Positions 22,028 through 33,300 of a DNA stretch of 63,936 nucleotides are shown here, piece after piece. The DNA comes from Mizuhopecten yessoensis (taxonomy: Eukaryota). The position numbers were made by a program, and so were the translations under genes. Under the pieces are notes generated by a model, which was given only the letters and a program-made list of their open reading frames with translations, was not told where the DNA came from and made no database searches. The stretch lies in the NCBI RefSeq assembly GCF_002113885.1, contig NW_018404435.1, forward strand, positions 12,422 to 76,357, given 5' to 3'. Numbering within the stretch: the first letter of the stretch is position 1; the number at the start of each line of letters is the position of its first letter.

Positions 22028-25000
22028 CAATTTCAATAAATTTTATTGTCAAAGGACAAATGGATTGGGCAGCAGGCATAGCCTATTTAAGCCCTTTCCA
22101 AACATAGTAACAGACAGTGGTACAAGCATAGACATAGAACACATACAAACACATATAAACAAGTTGGTATTATCAAATTAATAATCAAATTAGGGGAAAC
22201 AACTACTAATACTCATTTTTATTATAATTGAATCTAATGGTTTGAATTCTAACCTTTTATTTTGATATTGAAAAGACATAAAATATATACCGGTATATAC
22301 ATATTATGAAGAGAAAAGAAAAATAGTTTGTTGATGGAGCTGCATGTATAAACATTTGATGGGATTAAATTACCGCACCCAACAGATACAGGCCAAAAAG
22401 TCCATTGTATCACACAAGGCCATCCACTGATGAGTTTGGAAATTCAATCCCACCAAATAGTTTAATTTATGCATATTAAACACAGGTTAGATATATAATT
22501 AACATGTTGTAAAGCTTTATATTCTTATTTATGTAGTTGTTTCCCAATATTTTTTAATAAAATAGTATAACTGGTCTTCTGAACCCCAGCCCCCCTCACT
22601 AACAATATTTAAAAATAAACAATGAAGACAAATAGGAAATATTAATATTAATATTCATGTACCATTTCTGGAAATCAGAAGAATTACATTGAGAAAAAAT
22701 AAAATGTAAATAAATAAAGTGTAAATAAATAAAATGTAAAATTTCATTCAAAATTGAAGTTAAATGTCCTGAATCTTCTAGAACTTAAAATGTAATTGGA
22801 TATAGATAGGAGAATATGTTTATTTTCATTTTCATCACATCTCTCACAACCATTTAGCATGACATCTAATGATAAATGGTTGTGAGTTTCATGGAATATA
22901 TTCTGAAAAAGTAGAATACGATCTTCAGTGTATTTGATACAATCATGGAAGTAATGAGATGCTGTTTCAAATCTAGAACCACAAGAACATGCAGAGGACT
23001 CAGTAAGATAATCTTTCTGACGGTCATTATTTAGGTTACTGGCCTCATTTCTCAACTGACAGAGAATAATATTAGTTTCCCTATTTCCTAAAAACTTAAA
23101 GACATCAGTTGTTCTTGTGTTTGAATTTGGAATAGGTGTTATTAACTTTTTGAACTGATAGGCGGAACGAATATTTTGAAGGTCTGAAGCGATATTATTT
23201 ATTTCATTAAACATGGATGGAAAAAAGCTATTAGAATAGTTAACAGTTCGACAAAGAGGAGGATCAAATATTCTAACTGATCTAAGGGGATATCTAGCTA
23301 GTGTGGGATCATGAAAATGTGACTCAGTGATTTCTTTCAGATAATATGGAGTTTCATTATTCATAATCTTGTACATCAGCATCATTTTATGTTGTTTTCT
23401 CCTACTTTCAAGAGGAACCCAGCCTAATTCTTTGTACAAGATATTGTGGGGGGTGCCTCTACGCAGTCCTGTAATTATTCTTGCAGCCTCTAGCTGGACT
23501 GACTCTAAGAGATTTTTTAGATTTTGAGAACAATTATCCCAAACAACATCTGCATATTCTAGTATAGGTCTAATATATGATGTATACATTGTGGTTAATG
23601 ACTGTCTGTCTAGTTTATGTTTCATCATCCTTAAAATATTAATTCTTTTGTATGCTTTTTGGTAAATATCATAAATGTGGTCATTCCACTTAGCATCATC
23701 ACTGAATGTCAAGCCAAGATGTTTATGTGTTCGGCTGACAGTAACAGGTTCATCATAAAAATATACATTTGGGTGATGAGTATTCAGTTTTTTAGAGAAT
23801 ATAACAGATTCTGTTTTATTTGGATTAAATTTAATATCCCATTTATTAGCCCAGAGTTGTATATTACTGAGATCATCTGTTAGGTTTTGTGCTAACTCGA
23901 TTGGATCATCGTCTGTTACAGCGTATAGAGAAGTGTCATCAGCAAACAGTTTAATTTCATGAGAAACACAGTCAACAATATCATTAATATAAAGTAAAAA
24001 CAAAAGTGGACCGAGAACCGAGCCCTGTGGTACCCCTGCATTTACAGGCCTGGATGTAGATATATATCCCTCAGTTAACACTCTTTGTTTTCTGTCATCT
24101 AAAAAATTTCTCAACCAACAAAGTAATTTCCCTTTGATGCCATATAATTGGAGTTTATGTACCAGTCCATCATGCCATACTCTATCGAACGCCTTGCTTA
24201 TGTCACAAAAAACAAATCTTAATTCTTTATACTGGTCAAGACATTGTACAATAGTATGATATACTGAAAGAAGTTGATTTATAGTAGAGTCCTTAGGCAT
24301 AAATCCAGATTGATGCATAGTAATAATTTCATGTGTAGTAAGATAATTCAACATGTACTTATATATAATTTTTTCTATAATCTTACTAAAACATGAAGTA
24401 ATAGAAATTGGTCTATAATTAGAAATTTCATTTGTTAAACCTTTTCCTTTATAAATGGCATTAATATTAGCAGTTTTCCAACTAAGGGGGATAACTCCTG
24501 TTTGTAGTGTCTTGTTGAAAAGCAATGTTAAAGGAAGAGAAATAGAATGTTCAAGTTGTTTTATTATTTTAGGTACCATGCCATCGGGTCCAGCTGGTTT
24601 ATTACTATTTAGGAGAAACAATTGGTCATGGACATCTTGATGTGTTATTGTTATGTTTTCCATAGAGTGGGGACAGTTAAATTCAATATCAGGAATAGGT
24701 TCAAGATTCTCAGAAGTGGTAGATATAGAGGTAAAATACTTATTAAGATATTCAGCTTTATCAAATGGATGTTGAATGAAACATTCATCACATTTAAGAG
24801 GGGGAATACAGTTACTTCTATTATTTGCATTTAAAACAGTTTTTGCAATTTTCCACCAGCTACTTGGAGAAATATTTGTATTAGCTAATGATTTTTGCAT
24901 ATTTTCAATATAATTATTCTTGGCCTCTCTTATTTTACTAATGACTTCATTCCTGATATGTCTGTAGTTTTCCCAATGACATGGTAAGTTACTTAACTTT

Positions 25001-26202
25001 GCTTTTCTATGTGCCCTATTTCTTTGTCTAATATTAAATCTAATTTCATTTGTCATCCACTTTTTATCTCTAGGCCTTACTGTAACATTTATACTAGGAA
25101 TACATTCGGATATTTGTTGATTAATAGCATTACAAAGAGTATTATTAAATTCATTACTATCTTGATTTTCAGAGATTGCAACCCAATCAATCATATTTAT
25201 GTTCCTATTCATTTTTTCATAATCTGCTTCCCGATAGAGTAATATTTTTTTCTGATAAGATTTTTGTTTAAAGACATCAAATGAGATACTGAATTGAATA
25301 AGAGAGTGGTCACTACATATGGGTGGAGAAACAGATACATTTTTAATTAAGTTTAAACTATTTGAGAAAACGATATCTAATGAGGTGGAAGATGTTTGAG
25401 TTATGCGTGTAGGTTCATCAACATAGTTTACAAGATTATATTTGGTCATTAGTCTACCAAGATGACTATAAGGTTGTAAGTTAATCATGTTTACATTAAT
25501 ATCACCTGTTATGACTATATTTAGATTAGTATTTATAGCTCTCTCAAATACAAAGTCTAGTGTTTCCCAATAAGTTACAGGCATTTCTGGTCTATAAATA
25601 CAACATAACAAGAATTTACGAGACCCAATACATACTTCAACCCAAATTAATTCTACATCATTATGTTCCAAGTCTGTTCGTCTTTTAGTAAAAATAGTGT
25701 TCTTGTGATAAATTAGTACTCCACCACCAGGGCCTGATCTTCGGTCTAGTCTGTCATGTGAGTAGGAATCTATGGTGATATCAGAATCTAATACTTCAGG
25801 AGAAAGATGAGTTTCTGTTAGACATATTATATCATTATTATTTAATTCAGCTTCTATAGTATCAATTTTATTTCGTAATGACCTAACATTTAGTTGAGCA
25901 ATATCAAGACTGCATAGAGGCCCCGGATTAAGTTCAATGTCATTAGAAATCAACAACAAAATATGAATTATAATATGAAAACATACATTTTTGAGGCTAA
26001 AAACATACTGGGAATTCAAAAAGACATATGAATGAAGAAGAAAAAAAAATACTTCCGATTTCCAATGTGTCCTATTATTAGATTGAAATTCTTTGTATCT
26101 ATCCATTATCAAATATCATGATTTGTAACAGTTGGGTGATGAGACACGTGGTACATACATGTATTAAGAAGTAATTTCCATTGCAAAGTTCAATCAAGGC
26201 AG
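22028..26202 (-). mobile_element. Young CR1-group (CR1/L2-like) non-LTR retrotransposon, single ORF
   Basis: Intact APE+RT ORF, ~715-bp 3' UTR ending AATAAA..TTGAAATTG, flanked by a perfect 13-bp direct repeat CTGAACAGCTGTT (22015-22027 / 26203-26215). Confidence 0.9.
22744..26112 (-). CDS. LINE ORF2 polyprotein: 2A-like peptide, AP endonuclease, reverse transcriptase, C-terminal Cys/His motif (first ATG at 26106)
   Basis: DIELNPGP; APE motifs LNVRSL, CLTETHL, GGGVLIY, TGDIN, PTRI, SDHSLI; RT motifs NYRPIS, DISKAFDRVWH, GVPQGSVLGP, LFADD, KHLG; C-terminal CSCG..ETASHYFHDC. 1122 aa uninterrupted. Confidence 0.97.
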   Translation of the reverse strand: MIMDRYKEFQSNNRTHWKSEVFFFLLHSYVFLNSQYVFSLKNVCFHIIIHILLLISNDIELNPGPLCSLDIAQLNVRSLRNKIDTIEAELNNNDIICLTETHLSPEVLDSDITIDSYSHDRLDRRSGPGGGVLIYHKNTIFTKRRTDLEHNDVELIWVEVCIGSRKFLLCCIYRPEMPVTYWETLDFVFERAINTNLNIVITGDINVNMINLQPYSHLGRLMTKYNLVNYVDEPTRITQTSSTSLDIVFSNSLNLIKNVSVSPPICSDHSLIQFSISFDVFKQKSYQKKILLYREADYEKMNRNINMIDWVAISENQDSNEFNNTLCNAINQQISECIPSINVTVRPRDKKWMTNEIRFNIRQRNRAHRKAKLSNLPCHWENYRHIRNEVISKIREAKNNYIENMQKSLANTNISPSSWWKIAKTVLNANNRSNCIPPLKCDECFIQHPFDKAEYLNKYFTSISTTSENLEPIPDIEFNCPHSMENITITHQDVHDQLFLLNSNKPAGPDGMVPKIIKQLEHSISLPLTLLFNKTLQTGVIPLSWKTANINAIYKGKGLTNEISNYRPISITSCFSKIIEKIIYKYMLNYLTTHEIITMHQSGFMPKDSTINQLLSVYHTIVQCLDQYKELRFVFCDISKAFDRVWHDGLVHKLQLYGIKGKLLCWLRNFLDDRKQRVLTEGYISTSRPVNAGVPQGSVLGPLLFLLYINDIVDCVSHEIKLFADDTSLYAVTDDDPIELAQNLTDDLSNIQLWANKWDIKFNPNKTESVIFSKKLNTHHPNVYFYDEPVTVSRTHKHLGLTFSDDAKWNDHIYDIYQKAYKRINILRMMKHKLDRQSLTTMYTSYIRPILEYADVVWDNCSQNLKNLLESVQLEAARIITGLRRGTPHNILYKELGWVPLESRRKQHKMMLMYKIMNNETPYYLKEITESHFHDPTLARYPLRSVRIFDPPLCRTVNYSNSFFPSMFNEINNIASDLQNIRSAYQFKKLITPIPNSNTRTTDVFKFLGNRETNIILCQLRNEASNLNNDRQKDYLTESSACSCGSRFETASHYFHDCIKYTEDRILLFQNIFHETHNHLSLDVMLNGCERCDENENKHILLSISNYILSSRRFRTFNFNFE

Positions 26203-26816
26203 CTGAACAGCTGTTGAAGGCTGACATCAAGTAACTAGCGTTACAGCCACAAACACGGCGTTGTCGTCTTAGGAGATGAAGGCAAGATGTGACTTCCTGT
26301 CTCGTCACCCGAAACTGTCAATTTTCATGGACACAATAGCCACACCAGCGCTGTAGACAGCGTCACTTACTAACATGACACTCTGATTCCTCTACACCCT
26401 ATAACCTCAGCTGGTATTTCCGATACAGGTCGTGGTGTTTTTTTGTCGGAAACCTCGAGCAGTGTATGACGTCATAACAAGGTAAAGCTCTGGTATGTAG
26501 GACATGAAACAGTCCACAAACACAGTCTGCCACGTCTCGGACACACGACTGCTAAAGTGTCAGAATGTGTTTAACGCTGCCGTCACACAAACGTCAGTTA
26601 TAGCTTTATTAGGAATTCTAACACGATTCGTTTGCAACGCGTGTTTGTATTGGATATGGACCATATTCTAATCTGCGATAGAATCATGATCAATCGTGTT
26701 AAGCTCCTCTCATCGCATCTTAGCGAAATCCCGCTTATAAGGCAAGTAGGCAACAGAACAGAAACGACCGATGAAATGCATTTGTTGAATGAATTAAAAA
26801 GTATAAAAGTACACAT

Positions 26817-27359
26817 TCCTTGTTCTTACCTCCATTTATTACTGAAACGTTCGTTCCGTCCGTGTAAAAGCATCTATTTAGATCCGAAATCGAATGAAAC
26901 ATTTCACATGTGTCGTATGCATTTACACAAAACTCTTCACAAATCTATACAAATATTCACCGATTTTGTCGATAAGCACAGATTGGTTTGCATACTGACA
27001 AGGAAATGTAAGAACTCAATATTAATCCAAATATGTCGTATAAACTTTTGTAACAGGACGTTCTCGAACAATCCAAATATTCCGCCTCGTCAACATACAG
27101 ATCAAGCTCTCGCCAGTATGGGCGGGGCCAAATGACCGACTTTTGAAAGCTTCTTTCCGATTGGTCAGTCCGCTGCAGAATGACACGTCGCCAGTTAGGG
27201 TCACAACATATTTTACTACGTATTTTTTGTACAGTGAAATACAATGTGTATAAACATATTATCGTAGTATATTTGTTAAGGTGTGTTAGAATGGGGATAG
27301 TACGTTGTTTTTCGTGTCTATACTGGCGATTAGAACATGAAAATTGGGTTTGAACTCGA
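26817..27359 (+). repeat. Unclassified dispersed element X, copy 2
   Basis: Homologous to 9616-10085. Contains the empty IS3EU target site CTATACTGGCGATTAGAACATG and directly abuts the 39-bp satellite. Confidence 0.8.
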
Positions 27360-30300
27360 CTGTGGGTACATAGATCACGGAAAATGTGTGGATGTCGGCT
27401 GTGGGTATAGAGACCCCGGGAAATGTGTAGATGTCGACTGTGGGAACAGAGACTACGGGACATGTGTAGATGTTCACTGTGGGTACAGAGACTACGGGAA
27501 ACGTTAAGATGTCGATTTTTGGTACAGAGACCTCGGGAAATGTGCAGATGTGGACTGTGGGTTCAAAGACCACGGGAAATGTGTGGATGTCGGCTGTGGG
27601 TATAGAGACCCCGGGAAATGCGTAGATGTCGACTGTGGGAACAGAGACTACGGGACATGTGTAGATGTTCACTGTGGGTACAGAGACTACGGGAAACGTT
27701 AAGATGTCGATTTTGATGTCTATTGTGGGTACAGAGACCACGGGAAATGTGTAGATGTCGAATGTGGGTACAGACACCACGGGAAATGTTTAGATGTCTA
27801 TTGTGGGTACAGACACCACGGGAAATGTTTAGATGTCGAATGTGGGTACAGAGACTACGGGAAATGTGTAGATGTCTATTGTGGGTACAGACACCACGGG
27901 AAATGTGTAGATGTCGACTGTGGATACAAACACCACGGGAAATGTATAGAAGTCGGCTGTGGGTACAGAGACCCAGGGAATTGTGTAAATATCGGCTGCG
28001 GGTACAGAGACCACGGGAATTTTTTGATGTCTATTGTGGGGTACAGAGACCACGGGAAATGTGTAGATGTCGACTGTGGGAACAGTGACTACGAGAAAAG
28101 TGTAGATGTCGACTGTGGGTACAGAGACCACGGGAAATGTGTAGATGTCAACTGTGGGAACAGTGACTACGAGAAAAGTGTAGATGTCGACTGTGGGTAC
28201 AGAGACCACGGGAAATGTGTGGATGTCGGCTGTGGGTAAAGAGACCCCGGAAAATTTGTAGATGTCGACTGTGGGAACAGAGACTACGGTAAATGTGTAG
28301 ATGTCGAATGCGGGTACAGAGACTACGGGAAATGTGTAGATGTCGACTGTGGGTACATAGACTACGGGATATGTGTAGATGTTCATCATGGGTACAGAGA
28401 CTACGGGAAACGTTAAGATGTCGATTTTGGGTACAGAGACCACGGGAAATGTGTAGATGTCGACTGTGGGAACAGTGACTACGAGAAATGTGTAGATGTC
28501 GACTGTGGGTACATAGACCACGGGAAATGTGTAGATGTCGACTGTGGATACAGACACCACGGGAAATGTATAGAAGTAGGCTGTGGGTACAGAGACCACG
28601 GGAAATGTGTAGGGGTTCAAAGACCACGGGAAATGTGTGGATGTCGACTGTGTGTGTAGATGTCGACTGTGGGAACTGACACCACGGGAAATGTGAAGAT
28701 GTCGACTGTGGGAACAGTGACTTCGAGAAATGTGTAGATGTCGACTGTGGGTACATAGACCACGGTAAATGTGTGTATGTCGGTGTGGGTACAGAGACCC
28801 CGGGAAATGAGTAGATGTCGACTGTGGATACAGACACCACGGGAAATGTATAGAAGTAGGCTGTGGGTACAGAGACCACGGGAATTGTGTAAATGTCGAC
28901 TGTGGGAACAGAGACTACGGGACATGTGTAGATGTTCACTGTGGGTACAGAGACTACGGGAAACGTTAAGATGTCGATTTTTGGTACAGAGACCTCGGGA
29001 AATGTGCATATGTGGACTGTGGGTTCAAAGACCACGGGAAATGTGTGGATGTCGGCTGTGGGTACAGAGACCCCGGGAAATGTGTAGATGTCGAATGTGG
29101 GTACAGACACCACGGGAAATGTGTAGCTGTCTATTGTGGGTACAGAGACCACGGGAAATGTGTAGATGTCGAATATGGGTACAGACACCACGGGAAATGT
29201 GTAGATGTCTATTGTGGGTACAGAGACCACGGGAAATGTGTAGATGTCATATGTGGGTACAGACACCACGGGAAATGTTTAGATGTCTATTGTGGGTACA
29301 GAGACCCCGGGAAATGTATAGATGTCTATTGTGGGTACAGAGACCAAGGGAAATGTGTAGATGTCATATGTGGGTACAGACACCACGGGAAATGTTTAGA
29401 TGTCTATTGTGGGTACAGAGACCCCGGGAAATGTATAGATGTCTATTGTGGGTACAGAGACCAAGGGAAATGTGTAGATGTCATATGTGGGCACAGACAC
29501 CACGGGAAATGTGTGGATGTCGACTGTGGGTACAAACACCGCGGGAAATGTATAGAAGTCGGCTGTGGGTACAGAGACCCAGGGAATTGTGCAAATATCG
29601 GCTGTGGGTACAGAGACCACGGGAATTGTGTAAATATCGACTGTGGGTACAGAGACCACGGGAAATGTGTAGATGTCGACTGTGGGTACAGAGACCAAGG
29701 GAAATGTGTAGATGTCAACTGTGGGTAAAGAGACCCCGGAAAATTTGTAGATGTCGACTGTAGGAACAGAGACTACGGTAAATGTGTAGATGTCGAATGC
29801 GGGTACAGAGACTACGGGAAATGTGTAGATGTCGACAGTGGGTACATAGACTACGGGATATGTGTAGATGTTCACTATGGGTACAGAGACTACGGGAAAC
29901 GTTAAGATGTCGATTTTGGGTACAGAGACCACGAGAAATGTGTAGATGTCGACTGTGGGAACAGTGACTACGAGAAATGTGTGGATGTCGACTGTGGGTA
30001 CATAGACCACGGGAAATGTGTAGATGTCGACTGTGGGTACATAGACCACGGGAAATGTGTGGATGTCGGCTGTGGGTACAGGGTACAGAGACTACGGGAA
30101 ACGCTAAGATGTCGATTTTGGGTACAGAGACCACGACAAATGTGTAGATGTCGACTGTGGGAACTGACACCACGGGAAATGTGTAGATGTCGACTGTGGG
30201 AACAGTGACTTCGAGAAATGTGTAGATGTCGACTGTGGGTACATAGACCACGGTAAATGTGTGTATATCGGTGTGGGTACAGAGACCCCAGGAAATGAGT

Positions 30301-33300
30301 AGATGTCGACTGTGGGTACAGAGACCACGTGAAATGTGTAGATGCCGACTGTGGGTACATAGACCACGGGACATGTGTGGAATTTCACTGTGGGTACAGA
30401 AACTACGGAAAACGTTAAGATGTCGATGTCGGGTACAGAGACCACGGGAAACGTGCAGATGTGGACTGTGGGTTCATAGACCACGGGAAATGTGTGGATG
30501 TCGACTGTGTGTACAGAGACCCCGAGAAATGTGTAGATGTAGATTGTTGGTACAGAGACCACGGGAAATGTGTAGATGTCGACTGTGGATACAGACACCA
30601 CGGGAAATGTATAGAAGTAGGCTGTGGGTACAGAGACCACGGGAATTGTGTAAATGTCGGCTGTGGGTACAGAGACCACGGGAAATGTGTAGAAGTCGGC
30701 TGTGGGTACAGAGACCACGGGAATTGTGTAAATGTCGGCTGTGGGTACAGAGACCTCGGGAAATGTGTAGATGTCGACTGTGGATACAGACACCAGGGGT
30801 AATGTATAGAAGTCGGCTGTGGGTACAGAGATCACGGGAATTGTGTAAATGTCGACTGTAGGTACAAAGACCACGGGAAATGTGTAGATGTCGATTGTGG
30901 GTACAGAGACTACTGGAAATGTGTAGATGAGTGGATATAGACACCACGGAAAATGTATAGAAGTCGACTGTGGGTACAGAGACCGCGGGAATTGTGTAAA
31001 TGTCGGTTGTGGGTACAGAGACCACGGGAATTGTGTAGAAGTCGGCTGTGTGTACAGAGACCACGGGAATTGTGTTAATGTCGGCTGTGGGTACAGAGAC
31101 CCCGGGAAATGTGTAGATGTCGACTGTGGGAACAGAGACTACAGGAATTGTGTATATGTTCATTGTAGGTACAGAGACCCCGGAAAACGTTAAGATGTCG
31201 ATTTTGGTTACTGAGACCATGGGAAATGTGCAGATGTGGACTGTGGATTCAAAGACCACGGGAAATGTGTGGATGTCGGCTGTGGGTACAGAAACCCCGG
31301 AAAATGTGTAGATGTCGATTGTGGTTACAGAGACCACGGGAAATGTGTAGATGTCTACTGTGGATACAGACAACACGGGAAATGTATAGAAGTCGGCTGT
31401 GGGTCCAGAGACCACGGGAATAGTGTAAATGTCGACTGTAGGTACAAAGACCAAGGGAAATGTGCAGATATCGAATGTGGGTACAGACACCACGGGAAAT
31501 GTGTAGATGTCGACTGTGGGTACATAGACCACGTGAAATGTGTAGATGTCGACTGTGGAAACAAAGACTACGGGAAATGTGTAGATGTCGACTGTGGGTA
31601 TAGAGACCACGGGAAATGTGTGAATGTCGGCTGTGGGTACAGAGACCCCGGGAAATGTGTAGATGTCGACTGTGGGTACAGAGACTACGGGAAACGTTAA
31701 GATGTCGATTTTGGATACAGAGACCACGGGAAATGTGCAGATGTGGACTGTGGGTTCAGATACCCCTGAAAATGTGTAGATGTCGATTGTGGGTACAGAG
31801 ACCACGGGAAATGTTCAGATGTCGATTGTGGGTACAGAGACCACAGGAAATGTGTTGATGTCGACTGTGGATACGGACACCACAGGAAATGTGTAGATGT
31901 CGACTGTGGGTCAGAGACCACGGGACATGTGTAGATGTTCAATGCGGGTACCGAGACTACGGGAAACGTTAAGATGTCGATTTTGGGTACAGAGTCCACG
32001 GGAAATGTGCAGATGTGGACTGTGGGTTCAAAGACCACGGGAAATGTGTGGATGTCGGTTGTGTGGGTATAGAGACCCAGGGAAATGTGTAGATGTCGAC
32101 TGTGGGAACAGAGACTACGGGAAATGTGTAGATGTTCACTGTGGGTACAGAGACCCCGGGAAACGTTAAGATGTCGATTTTGGGTACAGAGTCCACGGGA
32201 AATGTGCAGATGTGGACTGTGGGATCAAAGACCACGGGAAATATGTAGATGTCGAATGTGGGTACAGAGACCACGAGAAATGTATAAAAGTCGGCTGTGG
32301 GTACAGAGACCAGGGGAATTGTGTAAATGTCGACTGTAGGTACAAAGACCCCGGGAAATGTGTAGAATTCGACTGTAGGTACAAATACCACGGGAAATGT
32401 GTAGATGTCGACTGTAGATACATAGACCACGGGAATTGTGTAGATGTCGACTGTGGGAACAGAGACTACGGGAAATGTGTAGATGTCGACTGTGGGTACA
32501 TAGATCACAGGAAATGTGTGGATGTCGGCTCTGGGTACATAGATCACGGGAAATGTGTGGATGTCTGCTGTGGGTATAGAGACCCAGTGAAATGTGTAGA
32601 TGTCGACTGTGGGAACAGAGACCCCGGGAAATGTGTAGATGTCGACTGTGGGAACAGAGACTACGGGAAATCTGTAGATGTTCACTGTGGTTACATAGAC
32701 CACGGGACATGTGTAGATGTTCACTGTGGGTACAGAGACCCCGAGAAACGTTAAGATGTCGATTTTGGTTACTGAGACCACGGGAAATGTGCAGATGTGG
32801 ACTGTGGATTCAAAGACCACGGGAAATGTGTGGATGTCGGCTGTGGGTACAGAGACCCCGGAAAATGTGTAGATGTCGATTGTGGGTACAGAGACCCCGG
32901 GAACTGTGTAGATGTCGACTGTGGATACAGAGACTACGGGAAACGTTAAGATGTCGATTTTGGATAGAGAGACCACGGGGAATGTGCAGATGTGGACTGT
33001 GGGTTCATTTACCCCGGAAAATGTGTAGATGTCGATTGTGGGTACAGAGACCACGGGAAATTTTCAGATGTGGACTGTGCGTTCATAGACCACGGAAATG
33101 TGTGGATGTCGGCTGTGGGTACATAGACCGTAGATGTCTACTGTGGGTACATAGACGACGTGGGTACAGAGACCATGGGAAATGTGTAGATATCGAATGA
33201 GGGTACAGACACCACCAGATGTGGACTGTGCGTTCATAGACCACGGAAATTGGGTAGGTGTCGACTGTGGGAACAGAGAATACGGGAAATGTATAGATGT

